Origin: an uncultured bacterium
GTDB lineage: Bacteria > Hydrothermota > E44-bin80
NCBI GenBank assembly: GCA_964392665.1
Contig: CAYMQB010000006.1
Span: forward strand, 7,856-71,855
Length of the DNA: 64,000 nt
Direction of reading: 5' to 3'
The notes under the pieces are model-generated. The model did no database searches and had not been told where the DNA came from. It saw nothing but the letters and a program-made list of their open reading frames with translations. Positions 29,675 through 40,426 of the stretch are shown one piece after another (position 1 is the first letter of the stretch; the number at the start of each line of letters is the position of its first letter). The position numbers and the translations under genes are program-made.

Positions 29675-30264
29675 AAGGTATAATTAGATTCTTTGTTTTC
29701 GTTGGTTTGTCAGTTGTTCTGATTATTTTATATATATTTCTCATACATACGAAATCATCCGCCGTGATAGGGAAGCTTCAGGTCACATACTCTACCGTTA
29801 GCGATTCCCTTAGCAAGGCGAAACAGATAGCAAATAGGTTACCTGAGACACAGAAGGAATACAACTTCTTGAAGAAACAATGGATTGTAGCACAGGGAAT
29901 GCTTCCTGCGAAAACTGAAACCGAAGAGCTATTGAGCATTGTGTCAAAATCTGCAACCGAAAATAATATAAAAATTCTTTCATTTAAGCCTGGGAAACTC
30001 ACTGCAAAGCAGAATTTTCAGGAGTATCCTCTTAGTATCAAGGTTATTGGAAAATACCACAGTATTGGACGCTTTTTTAGCGACATTGGAAACCTTAAAA
30101 GAATAATAAGAATCGGTGACATAAAGATGACAGGAAAGGAAGGAAAGGAAGAAGGAAGAGGAGGAGGGATAGAGACGGAGTTTACTGCTTCAAGCTATGT
30201 TTATGCTGGCTTGAGGGAGAACGTAGGAAAAGCTAAGCATGTAACCAAGAACCCCCCAAAATAG
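29671..30264 (+). CDS. pilO: Type IV pilus assembly protein PilO
   Basis: TM, coiled coil, MLPAKTETEELL, GKYHSIGRFFSDI. Confidence 0.92.
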   Translation: MKGIIRFFVFVGLSVVLIILYIFLIHTKSSAVIGKLQVTYSTVSDSLSKAKQIANRLPETQKEYNFLKKQWIVAQGMLPAKTETEELLSIVSKSATENNIKILSFKPGKLTAKQNFQEYPLSIKVIGKYHSIGRFFSDIGNLKRIIRIGDIKMTGKEGKEEGRGGGIETEFTASSYVYAGLRENVGKAKHVTKNPPK

Positions 30265-30280
30265 GAGTGAATAATAAAAA

Positions 30281-30844
30281 ATGAAAAAGATAAGAGTCGT
30301 TTTATTTGCTCTCTCTTTTACATGTCTTGTTCTTACTCATTATGGATGTAAGGGAGGTAATCCGTTCAATTTTATGATTGGGAAGATGACGAAATCCGTT
30401 GAGAAGAAACAAGATAGTGGAAAGATAGGCAGTGCTGGAAATATATTAAAAACTGAAGGCGAGACAGGTAAGTTGCTCGATAAAGGCGCAGAGACGTCGG
30501 TAAGTCGCGAAGATTCTTCAAAGATACTGGAAATGGCACTTGGGATCGAAAAATTCTCATACAGGAGTGAGGGAAGGCGAGATCCTTTTGAGTCGCTTTT
30601 TAAAGGCAAAGAACTGAATGTCGAAAATGTCCATTTGGTTGGTACAGTTTGGGGACCAAAAGGAAGGTTTGCTCTTCTCAAGGAACCAGGAGGGACAGGG
30701 TATGTTGTAGGTATCGGCGACAGAATTGCCGATGGGAGAGTTATTGGTATTACAAGTTCAAGTGTAACTTTCGAAATTAGAAAATTTGGCGTGACTTCGA
30801 AGGTAACTTTAGTTCTGGAGCAAAAAGAGGAAAAACTTAAATAG
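30281..30844 (+). CDS. pilP: PilP-like lipoprotein
   Basis: Lipobox HYG-C, RRDPF motif, G..I.DGRV; position between pilO and pilQ. Confidence 0.82.
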   Translation: MKKIRVVLFALSFTCLVLTHYGCKGGNPFNFMIGKMTKSVEKKQDSGKIGSAGNILKTEGETGKLLDKGAETSVSREDSSKILEMALGIEKFSYRSEGRRDPFESLFKGKELNVENVHLVGTVWGPKGRFALLKEPGGTGYVVGIGDRIADGRVIGITSSSVTFEIRKFGVTSKVTLVLEQKEEKLK

Positions 30845-30856
30845 AGAGGTGGTAAA

Positions 30857-32449
30857 ATGAGCCCAAGAAGAATGTTGTTAAATATTGGATTACCGTTCAT
30901 TTTTGTTATGCTCATTTCTTCGAGTCTTTGCGGTTCACAGCTGCTGGATGTTGTCATTAATGGGACGGATGCAAGGACGGAAATTACAGCGAGTTTCGAT
31001 GGAACGGTAAACTATACGGAATTCACGATGGAGAACAAAATAATTTTCGACCTTCTGAAATGCGAAAGTGGGTTAGAAGCAAATAAATATGAAGGGATTG
31101 ATAGAGGAGGTGTTAAAACGATTACACTGATTCCCTTCTACACTGCTAACATTCTGAGACTTACAGTTGATCTTGGCTCTGCAGTTACATATCAGGCAGC
31201 GGTAAAAGAGAACAAACTCGTAATTTCGTTTGATAACCAGGAAGGGAAGGCATTCGAGATGTGGATTGCTTCGGAACAGGAGATTACTCCAACAAGTCTT
31301 GGTTATGAGGAAGGTTATGAGGTTCCGGGAATGATATCGCTGGATTTGGAGGATGCCGATATACAAACCATTTTAAGAGCAATGGCGCATTACGGAGGGA
31401 AAAATGTAGTTGCTGGAGAAGAGGTTAAAGGAGTTATTACGATGAAACTCTCCAATGTCACCTGGCAAGAGGCTTTTGAGGTGATTGTAAAAACTGCGGG
31501 TTTCTCTTACAGGGAAGAAAAAAATATTCTCAGAGTTGCAAAGGGGACGACATTCGATAAGGAAAGAGAGAATAGTGAGCTGGCGCAGCCGGTTGTTCAC
31601 AAAGTATACAAACTTTCGTTTGCAAACCCAAAGGAAGTAAGAACCAATGTTAGTAAACTAATTTCCAAGAAGGGAACCGTTGAAGTAGACGACAGAACCA
31701 ACTCTTTAATTGTCACGGATATCGAATCGAAGCAACAGGATATCAAAGCACTATTGGAGATTCTTGATTCTGCGAATCCTCAGGTGGATATCGAAGTCAA
31801 GGTCATCGACATGGATTTCGACTTTGGAAGAAACCTTGGTATTACCTGGGTTGCCAAAAATCTTAGAAGCAAGCAGTATAATATTCAAGCATCGGGAACC
31901 CTGAATGCGGCAAGGGTGGGTGTGCTCGATCTTTCCATCGGGAGCGTAAGGAATTTTGGCAAGATAAGCTCGATAATTAACCTGTATGAAAAAGAAGGTA
32001 AGACCAAGGTTATTGCCAATCCGCGGATAACTGCCTTGAATAACAGGGAAGCGGAGATACTGGGAGGAAAGAAATTTCCTGTTAACATGTTTGACCAGGC
32101 CGGGAATGTTGTCACGAGATATTTTGAAGTTGGAACGAGACTCAAGGTAACACCTCATATAAATGCAAAGAATGAGATTACGATGGACATAGAGGCAGAG
32201 TTGAGTAATGTTGATCCGACTACTCTGATAATTACTTCGACCGAAGCATCGACAAGGCAGCTGGTAAGGGATGGTGAGACTGTCGTGCTTGGGGGATTTG
32301 TAAGGGAGGAAACGCAGCAGTCGGAGCAAGGTGTCCCTATATTGAGAAAGATACCTATCTTAGGCTATCTATTCAAGAGTACAGGGAAAACAACCAAGAA
32401 AAGAGAGGTGCTGATTTTCCTGACACCTCATATTGTGAAGTATTATTAG
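30857..32449 (+). CDS. pilQ: Type IV pilus secretin PilQ
   Basis: AMIN-like N-terminus, ISLDLEDADI, VDDRTNSLIV, VRDGETVVLGG, VPILRKIPILGYLFK, LIFLTPHI. Confidence 0.95.
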   Translation: MSPRRMLLNIGLPFIFVMLISSSLCGSQLLDVVINGTDARTEITASFDGTVNYTEFTMENKIIFDLLKCESGLEANKYEGIDRGGVKTITLIPFYTANILRLTVDLGSAVTYQAAVKENKLVISFDNQEGKAFEMWIASEQEITPTSLGYEEGYEVPGMISLDLEDADIQTILRAMAHYGGKNVVAGEEVKGVITMKLSNVTWQEAFEVIVKTAGFSYREEKNILRVAKGTTFDKERENSELAQPVVHKVYKLSFANPKEVRTNVSKLISKKGTVEVDDRTNSLIVTDIESKQQDIKALLEILDSANPQVDIEVKVIDMDFDFGRNLGITWVAKNLRSKQYNIQASGTLNAARVGVLDLSIGSVRNFGKISSIINLYEKEGKTKVIANPRITALNNREAEILGGKKFPVNMFDQAGNVVTRYFEVGTRLKVTPHINAKNEITMDIEAELSNVDPTTLIITSTEASTRQLVRDGETVVLGGFVREETQQSEQGVPILRKIPILGYLFKSTGKTTKKREVLIFLTPHIVKYY

Positions 32450-32452
32450 TAA

Positions 32453-32482
32453 AAAAGCGCTCGCTTACAAGCGAGCGCTTTT
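32453..32482. terminator. Bidirectional-type intrinsic terminator after pilQ
   Basis: AAAAGCGCTCGCTT-AC-AAGCGAGCGCTTTT. Confidence 0.85.
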
Positions 32483-32520
32483 CATTGTAACTAACCCCTA
32501 ATTCACAGATTAAGATAGAA

Positions 32521-35500
32521 ATGGCAGGAGAAGAAGTTCTTGTTTATATAGATGATTTGACCAAAGTTTTCAACAGACGATTCCTTTATAAACAGCTGCT
32601 GCAACGAATAAACCAGGGAAAGTCAAAAGGTGAGGAATTTACCATAATCCTCATGGATATCGACCATTTCAAAATTGTAAACGATTCCTTCGGACATCTT
32701 GCCGGAGATGAGGCGTTACAGTTGTTTTCCAATTTGCTAAAGGACTCGGTGAGAAAGGATGATCTGGTTTGCCGCTATGCAGGTGATGAGTTCGTTCTTA
32801 TCCTAACTGATTCGGATATAAAAAGGGGTATCGAGTGTGGAAACAGGATTATTGAATTATTGAACAGTAGAGAATTTTCACTTACCTCGGCAGGAGCACG
32901 TGTGAAACTCTCGGTTAGTATGGGAGTAGCGAATTTTCCTCTTGATTCAAAGGATGAAAATGCTCTTCTTAGGTTTGCCGATAAAAGCCTGTATGAGGCA
33001 AAAAGGAGGGGTGGAGGTAAAGTCGTAAGGTATAAGGAGAAAGAATCAGGTGAAGACAACATCGAGCTTAATTTTGGAAAGTTTATAGGCAGGTCGGATA
33101 TTCTGTCTTTGATCAAGTCAAGCACGGAAAGTGTTGTTAATGGCGAAAGCAAGGTCTTTTTTGTAAAGGGAAATATTGGAATCGGAAAAACACGATTTCT
33201 AAGAGAAGCGTCTTTGTATGCTAATTTACTGGGATTCAAGATTTTCATTGCAAGTGCAGTTCCGCAGAAAATTTCTCCTCCTTATTCCCTTTTTAACTTG
33301 CTTTTGAGAAACATACAAAAAGGTTATGATACAAAGACTCTGCAAAATGTTTTTACGAATCTTTCCACCCTGGGCGATACCTTGAAATGGTTAATTCCGG
33401 ATAACGAATTCGGCATTGGTTCGGTAAAGAAGAATGTTTCCGAACTTACGAGCGAAAGTGACAAACATCTTTTGTTTGAGGCGGTTACAAGATTTATCTC
33501 GAATGTATCGGATTTAAATCCTCTTTTTTTGCTGTTAGATGACCTTCAGTGGATCGGCGAAGATGATATTGAGATGTTATTGTATTTTATTAGGAATTTT
33601 TCCGGAAGTAGAATACTCATAGGAGGAGCTTACAGGGAGAGTGAGGTCGAAGGAGAAAGGCACCCGCTAAAAAAGGCAATGCTTGCGCTATCAAGAGAGG
33701 GTTTATCGGAGAAGATCGACCTTGATCCCCTATCGGATGGAGAAATAAAGGAACTTATCAGCGTTGTTTTGGGATTATGGGAGGTTCCTAAGTTCGTGGT
33801 AGATTTCATTAAGGGTATTACTGAAGGGAATCCTTTGTTTGTTATCGAAGTGTTGAAAATGCTTGTTGAAAAGGAGTACATATATAGAACTGCAAGAAGC
33901 TGGAATTTTTTCAAATTGACTGAAGCGAGTTTACCGGAGAAAATAAGCGACCTGCTGAAGGAGAAAATCAATTTACTTTCCTCCGAATCCAGAAAGATAC
34001 TAATGAGCGCTTCTGTTATTGGTGAACATTTTACGCTTGAAAATCTGAGATACATAACAGGAGAGAATGAGGGTTACCTAATTGACCTCCTCGATGAAGC
34101 ACTAACGAAGGGGATAATTGTCGAGAGTAAAGGGGAAATCGGTAAGTATCGCTTTACATATCGTATGATTCGGTCGGTTCTTTATAATTTGCAATCTTCC
34201 GGAAAAAGAAGCTTGGTTCACAAAAAAGTTGGAGAGATGTTAGAGCTAAGTCAGGGTGATAATGAAGAGTTTCTGGAGAACCTTGCTAATCATTTCAGAA
34301 ATGCGGGAATGGAAAAAAAGGCTTTTTCCTATTACCTCTTATGTGCAAATAAAGCAGAACGGATGATGGTTTACCAGAAAGCCATTTCCTTCTATTCGGA
34401 AATGCTTACACTGGCTAAGAAAATGAAAAAATCTGAAATGTCAATTTTCGATCTGTATTTTAAGTTAGGATATCTGTATAAGAGAATTGGAAAGCTCGCA
34501 CTAGCAGAAGAGTTTTTTAACGATTCATTAAAAATTCCAGAAATTAGCGGTGATAAGAAAGCCGAAGTGCTGCATAGAAAGGGCAACATTTATATGAGAA
34601 GGGGTAAATTCGAAGTCGCAATAGATTACTACAAAAAGGCAAGAGAATCTCTTCGGAATTTGGATTCAATGGAAGCAGCAATAATATATAATGATGAAGC
34701 GATAGTACATCTAAAAAAGGGTAATTATACAAAGGCATTTAACATAGCTCAGAAAGCCCTTGATATGCTAACGGAAGAACACACAAGAGAGAAATCTCAC
34801 ATTCTTGATACCCTCGGTGAAATCAATTTTTTCTGGGGGAAAATGGACGAAGCGCTTAAGTTTTTTAACGGGAGTTTGGCTCTTGCAAAAAAATGTGGCT
34901 TAGAAAATAGAATAGCAACCGCTTACAAGAACATTGGAAGAGTTTGTCTTGAACAGGGCAAAGTAAAAGATGCAGAAAGATTTCTTAAAATAGCCCTTGA
35001 AAGCGCTGAGAGGATAGGTGATTATTATCTTGAGGTAATGATTTACAACGATCTTGGCATCGTTTTTGCTTCTGAAAATGTTGACAGAGCAAGGGAATAC
35101 TATTTAAAAAGCCTGAACATTTCCAAAAGGATAGGAGATAACGACGGAGTTGCAACAATATTCAATAATATAGGAGATTTGTACTTAAGGAGTATTAAGT
35201 TTGAAAAAGCTCTGAATATGTTCGAAGAGGCTTTAAGAATATGGGAGAATATTGGAAAGGTGCAGGCTGCAATAATTCCTTATCTTAATATTGGGGAGAT
35301 ATTCTTCGAGCAAAACGATTTCGATAAAGCACTTTTGTATATTTTTAGAGCAAAGGAGAAATCGGAAGAGATAAAATATGTCAGCGGGATAATGCATTCA
35401 CTGTTTGGTCTCTCCGAACTTTTCTTTGAACAGGGGAATGATGAAGCATTATCTGAAATTATCGAGGAAGTTCAAGAGGTTAACAGGACTTACAAATCGC

Positions 35501-35907
35501 GTGATTATGCTGCACAAATACTGCTTATGCAAGCAAGGCTTGCATTAAAGGGAAATGATACAAAGAAAGCAGAAAAATTCTATGATAGCATTTCAGAGGA
35601 TATGAATGAAACTGAAGATAGAAGTCTTCAGAGGGACATCGAAATTTTCGGTGGCAGGCTGCTCGGAAGAGCAGGAAGGACACAAGAGGCACTCAAGTAC
35701 TTCGAAAGGGCTGAAAAACATTGCGAAAAAACAGGCGACAGACTTGGTTTTGTTTCAGTATTATACCATAAGGCGGAGTTTCTTAAGGGCAAAGAAGAAT
35801 TTCAAAAAGCCATTTCTATTCTTCAAAAGATCAGGAGTATGCTGGAAGAAAGCAGTGCAAAATTGTGGATTGAAAAAATCGAAAGGAGCATCAGCGAAAT
35901 CCGGTAG
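32521..35907 (+). CDS. GGDEF + STAND NTPase + TPR protein
   Basis: MDIDHFKIVNDSFGHLAGD, RKDD I-site, YAGDEF; Walker A GNIGIGKT, Walker B LLLDDLQW, GNPLF; long TPR array. Confidence 0.9.
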   Translation: MAGEEVLVYIDDLTKVFNRRFLYKQLLQRINQGKSKGEEFTIILMDIDHFKIVNDSFGHLAGDEALQLFSNLLKDSVRKDDLVCRYAGDEFVLILTDSDIKRGIECGNRIIELLNSREFSLTSAGARVKLSVSMGVANFPLDSKDENALLRFADKSLYEAKRRGGGKVVRYKEKESGEDNIELNFGKFIGRSDILSLIKSSTESVVNGESKVFFVKGNIGIGKTRFLREASLYANLLGFKIFIASAVPQKISPPYSLFNLLLRNIQKGYDTKTLQNVFTNLSTLGDTLKWLIPDNEFGIGSVKKNVSELTSESDKHLLFEAVTRFISNVSDLNPLFLLLDDLQWIGEDDIEMLLYFIRNFSGSRILIGGAYRESEVEGERHPLKKAMLALSREGLSEKIDLDPLSDGEIKELISVVLGLWEVPKFVVDFIKGITEGNPLFVIEVLKMLVEKEYIYRTARSWNFFKLTEASLPEKISDLLKEKINLLSSESRKILMSASVIGEHFTLENLRYITGENEGYLIDLLDEALTKGIIVESKGEIGKYRFTYRMIRSVLYNLQSSGKRSLVHKKVGEMLELSQGDNEEFLENLANHFRNAGMEKKAFSYYLLCANKAERMMVYQKAISFYSEMLTLAKKMKKSEMSIFDLYFKLGYLYKRIGKLALAEEFFNDSLKIPEISGDKKAEVLHRKGNIYMRRGKFEVAIDYYKKARESLRNLDSMEAAIIYNDEAIVHLKKGNYTKAFNIAQKALDMLTEEHTREKSHILDTLGEINFFWGKMDEALKFFNGSLALAKKCGLENRIATAYKNIGRVCLEQGKVKDAERFLKIALESAERIGDYYLEVMIYNDLGIVFASENVDRAREYYLKSLNISKRIGDNDGVATIFNNIGDLYLRSIKFEKALNMFEEALRIWENIGKVQAAIIPYLNIGEIFFEQNDFDKALLYIFRAKEKSEEIKYVSGIMHSLFGLSELFFEQGNDEALSEIIEEVQEVNRTYKSRDYAAQILLMQARLALKGNDTKKAEKFYDSISEDMNETEDRSLQRDIEIFGGRLLGRAGRTQEALKYFERAEKHCEKTGDRLGFVSVLYHKAEFLKGKEEFQKAISILQKIRSMLEESSAKLWIEKIERSISEIR

Positions 35908-35945
35908 AAATACATATTGTTTTTAACAGTAACAATTCAATCTTC

Positions 35946-36737
35946 CTATACTAAATTCTTTCTTGCGTATTCTATCCCGTTTTTTATAATAGTCTTACCC
36001 ATAGACGATGTTCTTATTTTTTCTCTTCTCCAGTTAGGATAATGTGTCTTCAAAACTGCACGCTCGGGATGTGGCATCATTCCAAGTATTCTACCGCTTG
36101 GGTCACATATCCCTGCAATGTTCCCAACAGAGCCATTTGGATTGGCGGGATAGCCAGTAAGGTTGCCTTCACTGTCCACATACTGAAGTGCAATCTGGTT
36201 ATCGCGAAATAATCTTTTAAGTATCTCTTCATTCTTTGTTATGAATTTGCCTTCCGTATGTGCAACAGGGATATTAAGAAGTCCGTGAAAGTTTTTTAAA
36301 AAAGCAGACTTTCGCGAACTCTTTTTTAGATACACCCATCTGTCGACGTATCGTGGTTTATCATTAAACGTGAGTGTGACCGACTGTTTGAAATTTCCAT
36401 CGAATCCCGGTAATATACCCAGTTTCACAAGCACCTGAAAACCGTTACAAATACCAAGAATAAGTTTGCCTTTCCGGGAGAAGCTTTTCATCTCTTCTGA
36501 AAGGTAGTGTCTTATTTCTGTTGCCCATACCTTTCCAGCGGCGATATCATCTCCGTAACTAAAACCACCGGGAATAACAAGAATGTGAAACTTGGAAAGT
36601 TGTTTTTTCCTTCTCAATAATTCGGTAAAGCCAACTATTTGAGCATTGGCTCCGGATAGTTCAAATGCAATTTTCGTTTCCAAATCGCAGTTTGTACCAG
36701 CAGATTTGAGTATGATTACATTAGGATTTTTCACCAT
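35946..36737 (-). CDS. purQ: FGAM synthase glutaminase subunit
   Basis: AGTNCD, PGGFSYGD, GICNGFQ, MPHPER. Confidence 0.97.
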   Translation of the reverse strand: MVKNPNVIILKSAGTNCDLETKIAFELSGANAQIVGFTELLRRKKQLSKFHILVIPGGFSYGDDIAAGKVWATEIRHYLSEEMKSFSRKGKLILGICNGFQVLVKLGILPGFDGNFKQSVTLTFNDKPRYVDRWVYLKKSSRKSAFLKNFHGLLNIPVAHTEGKFITKNEEILKRLFRDNQIALQYVDSEGNLTGYPANPNGSVGNIAGICDPSGRILGMMPHPERAVLKTHYPNWRREKIRTSSMGKTIIKNGIEYARKNLV

Positions 36738-39589
36738 TTAATTCTTTCTTTCCATCGGGTTTTCAGAATATTAATATCGACCTCATCGATTTTCTTATCT
36801 GCCTTGAACAAAATGAACTTATTTGATTTGAGCACTTTTCCAAAACAACTGAAAGGTATACCATGCAAAGTGTTTTCGAATTGCCTGCTATCCTTTTCCC
36901 GCACTTCCACGATGAATCGAGAGTTTGATTCGCTGAAGAGAAGTTCGGGATCAGTCAGACTATCCTCTCTCTTGATTTTTTTGAGGTTAATGGATGCTCC
37001 AGTTCTTCCTGCAATCATCATTTCCGAAATGGCGACTCCGATACCTCCTTCCGAACAATCGTGAATTGACTTAACATATCCTTTTTTTACTGCGCTATAG
37101 GTGTTTCTAAGCGTTTTTAATGACAGTTTGAAATTCAATTGAGGAACGGAATTCCCTATTCTGTTCATTATTTTATAGAAATGTGAACCACCCAACTCCT
37201 TTTTCGTGGTACCAATAATATATATCAAGTTTCCCGGTTCCTTGAAATCGGAAGACGGGACCATATTAACATTATCGCAGATGGTGACGCAGGAAATTAA
37301 CAAAGTTCCCATTATTGATTTCTTCTTACCTTTCACTTGAAAAACATTGTTAAGACTATCTTTGCCTGAAATAAAAGGGACCTTCAAGGCAACTGCCGTA
37401 TCATAGCATCCGTGAGAAGCTCGCATGAGTTCACCCAATATTTTCGGGTTTTCAACATCACCCCAGGAAAAATTATCAAGTATCGCTGCCTTTTGTGGAT
37501 TTCCTCCGCAGGCCACTGCGTTTCTGAGTGACTCCTCTATCGAAGATGCTGCCATCCAATATGGGTCTATTTTTCCATAGTATGGATTAATACCAGCTGT
37601 TATTACGATTCCCCTATTGGAGTCGACAAGTGGTTTCAAAACGGCACCGTCGGAAGGACCATCGTTTTGCTTGCCAACAAGTGGTTTTAGTGCACTCATT
37701 CCCTGAACCTCATGGTCATACTGTCTTATAACGACTTCTTTGCTTGCAATGTTGGGATGAGAGAGGAGTTTTAGCAGAATTTTCCGTATGTTAGTTCTAC
37801 CATTTATTCGAATTTCAGCAAAGCGTTTTCTCTTCCAGGTAGCTTTTTTGTTCGACTTTGGACATTTGTTGTGGAGAAAATCCATGTTCAGTTCTGCAAC
37901 CTTTTTGTTCTTGTAAAAAAGTTTCAATTTTCCCGTATCTTCGAACTTACCGATCGGGGCGAAATCGACATCGTGTTTCAGGAAGATGTTTTTCAATTTT
38001 CTAATGTTTTTTTTCGGAACAGAGATAACCATTCTCTCCTGGGATTCCGATATCCAGATTTCGTCGTACTTGAGTCCCGTATATTTTAAAGGAACTCTGT
38101 CCAGATGAACCGATACTCCAAGTTCTTTGCCCATTTCTCCAATTGCTGAGGATAAGCCTCCACCTCCACAATCAGTAATTGCCGAATAAAGACCCGCATC
38201 CCTTGCTTCCAGTAAAGCGTCAAGTAGTTTTTTTTCGGTAATCGGATTTCCAATCTGGACTGCACCGCTCGAAGTCATTTCGGAATTCTCGTTCAATTCT
38301 ATGGAAGCAAAGGTTACTCCGTGTATACCGTCTTTTCCGGTTTTCCCTCCAAAAACAACGATAATGTCACCATCATCAGGGGCTTTAAATGACAGGTTTT
38401 CGGGGATGATACCCAGACTACCGCAGTAGACAACAGGATTATAGAGGTAAGTTCTGTCAAAGATAATTGTTCCATTTACCGTAGGAATTCCCATTTTGTT
38501 TCCATAATCCCTGACCCCGGAGACTACGCCCTTGAATACTCTTTTCGGGTGGAGGACTCCGGAAGGGAGAGTCCCCGTTCGCAAGTTTATTGGAGCAAAG
38601 CAAAAAACATCGGTGTTAGCAATAGGTTTTGCACCAAGTCCTGTCCCAAGCGTATCCCTGATTACACCTCCTATACCTGTTTCAGCACCACCGTAGGGTT
38701 CCAGAGCCGATGGGTGGTTGTGTGTTTCCACTTTGAAAGTTATGTTAAAATCCTTATTGAATTTCACAATACCTGCATTGTCCGAAAACACGGATACACA
38801 GTATTTTTTCCTGACATCCTTGGTTGCTTTAGCTATTGTTGTCTTAAGGACATTGTCAGTTATTTTCCCATTGTAGCACACATTTCCCTTGAATGTTTTA
38901 TGGATGCAATGTTCGCTCCAGGTCTGCGCTATTGTTTCAAGTTCGACATCAGTTGGTTCCCTATTTTCGTTGAGAAAATAACTCTGAATCGTGTTCATTT
39001 CCTGCAGATTGAGACTTAAAAGTCCTTTTCTTGAAAGCTCCATCAGTTCGCTTTCAGTCTTGCTTGAAATATTTATTTTTCGAACTTCGAGAATAGGGAT
39101 TTTCCTTGTGTATTCATAATGTGTCTCGTCCTTTAGCCAGAGTTGAATAATATTATTCATAAGAAGCTTTTTTACAAGGGATTCTATGTTTCTATTTGTT
39201 AACCTGCCAACCAATTCATAACGATTTCTTGTTTGAACATTCTCTATTTCATTAAAACCAACATCTTTGAGAAGCATAGATGTTGTTAGTGCAACTGGAT
39301 CCATGACGCCTGGAAGATATGCAATTTCTACGAAGGTTCCTTTCTTGTCTCCGAAGTGGCAAATATGGTCATTGCAAACGAATGTATCTGAAACAGCATC
39401 AGATAAAATGTTTTCTGCTATTTCCTCAAGTTTCTTTTTTGCAAGATGGGTTGCCTTAATGACGAACACTCTTATGAAACGAATTGCTTCGATACCTGCG
39501 ATATTCTGCTCAACTGCTTCCTTCACGATACCTTCACCGATTGGGTCCGCAAGCGATGATTTTGTTGATACCTCTATTCTGTAATTCAT
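36731..39589 (-). CDS. purL: FGAM synthase PurL with N-terminal tandem PurS-like domains
   Basis: QTWSEHCIHK, KVETHNHPS, TDCGGGG, SESQERM, RQYDHEVQG; two PurS-like repeats (LADPIG, VMDPVA) at the N-terminus. Confidence 0.95.
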   Translation of the reverse strand: MNYRIEVSTKSSLADPIGEGIVKEAVEQNIAGIEAIRFIRVFVIKATHLAKKKLEEIAENILSDAVSDTFVCNDHICHFGDKKGTFVEIAYLPGVMDPVALTTSMLLKDVGFNEIENVQTRNRYELVGRLTNRNIESLVKKLLMNNIIQLWLKDETHYEYTRKIPILEVRKINISSKTESELMELSRKGLLSLNLQEMNTIQSYFLNENREPTDVELETIAQTWSEHCIHKTFKGNVCYNGKITDNVLKTTIAKATKDVRKKYCVSVFSDNAGIVKFNKDFNITFKVETHNHPSALEPYGGAETGIGGVIRDTLGTGLGAKPIANTDVFCFAPINLRTGTLPSGVLHPKRVFKGVVSGVRDYGNKMGIPTVNGTIIFDRTYLYNPVVYCGSLGIIPENLSFKAPDDGDIIVVFGGKTGKDGIHGVTFASIELNENSEMTSSGAVQIGNPITEKKLLDALLEARDAGLYSAITDCGGGGLSSAIGEMGKELGVSVHLDRVPLKYTGLKYDEIWISESQERMVISVPKKNIRKLKNIFLKHDVDFAPIGKFEDTGKLKLFYKNKKVAELNMDFLHNKCPKSNKKATWKRKRFAEIRINGRTNIRKILLKLLSHPNIASKEVVIRQYDHEVQGMSALKPLVGKQNDGPSDGAVLKPLVDSNRGIVITAGINPYYGKIDPYWMAASSIEESLRNAVACGGNPQKAAILDNFSWGDVENPKILGELMRASHGCYDTAVALKVPFISGKDSLNNVFQVKGKKKSIMGTLLISCVTICDNVNMVPSSDFKEPGNLIYIIGTTKKELGGSHFYKIMNRIGNSVPQLNFKLSLKTLRNTYSAVKKGYVKSIHDCSEGGIGVAISEMMIAGRTGASINLKKIKREDSLTDPELLFSESNSRFIVEVREKDSRQFENTLHGIPFSCFGKVLKSNKFILFKADKKIDEVDINILKTRWKERIKW

Positions 39590-39604
39590 TTTTAGCTATA
39601 TTAT

Positions 39605-40426
39605 CTACATTCTAAAGCCCAGGGCTGCCCCGTAGTAACCAAGTGCACCTGACTTACCAAACTCCAGATTCACATCAATAAGCTCTACAGGGACTGCGAT
39701 GCCAAAGTAAAATTTAGTTAAAGTACCCTGGTTGTATGTTATCTCTCCATCGTAATCGTTTATTGTATAGGTTCCATTCATCGATGGAACAAGCCATCCA
39801 AATCCTGTGTAAATATCGACAAGAAGGAAAGTTTCTCTTAAATCAAGATGGTAAGCAAACGTTGTCATTGTAAGAGAGCAATTCGCTTTATCATGTAACT
39901 GTGCATCGGCGAACCTAAATTTTGTAGCAAGTAGCGAACCATAATCGAATGAAAACGAAAAACAAGGAATAAATCCCTTATTTTTCAACAGATTCGCCTT
40001 AGCAGTCAGAGTGAAACCAAAAGGGGATTTTTCCTTGTATTTTTTTAGTATTCCAAATAGTGGAGAACCGTATCCTTTTATCGCCGTCTCAATACCGAGA
40101 AATCCTTTCCAGGAACCAGTTGGATTAAATCCACTGAAAATTCCGAAAGTTCCCTTGAAATAGAACATAGATATGGATGTTTTCACATTTCCTTCACCAA
40201 CCGGGTTCTTAATGTTACATCCAAGAGCTGTTACTCCAGATTCGAGGTTGAAATGTGCTATCCCTCCAAGATAGATTGAGGAATTGAAATTCCCGCCATT
40301 AGCAGTAATTCCTAAAGGTTCACTCAGATCGGTGAGAAATGTTCTCATATCCTGTCGCGTTGGCACGGCAGTAAACAGATTGACGGTAACTGTGAAAATT
40401 AGCAAAAATAGAAGTAGAATTTTCAT
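39605..40426 (-). CDS. Exported hypothetical protein, probable outer-membrane beta-barrel (DUF6588-like, tentative)
   Basis: Signal peptide; alternating G/aromatic strands; C-terminal ALGFRM. Confidence 0.55.
   Translation of the reverse strand: MKILLLFLLIFTVTVNLFTAVPTRQDMRTFLTDLSEPLGITANGGNFNSSIYLGGIAHFNLESGVTALGCNIKNPVGEGNVKTSISMFYFKGTFGIFSGFNPTGSWKGFLGIETAIKGYGSPLFGILKKYKEKSPFGFTLTAKANLLKNKGFIPCFSFSFDYGSLLATKFRFADAQLHDKANCSLTMTTFAYHLDLRETFLLVDIYTGFGWLVPSMNGTYTINDYDGEITYNQGTLTKFYFGIAVPVELIDVNLEFGKSGALGYYGAALGFRM

Noticed and set aside
30340-30957. 205-aa antisense ORF
   Set aside because: Opposite pilP/pilQ; Ser/Pro/Leu-rich shadow of the sense codons
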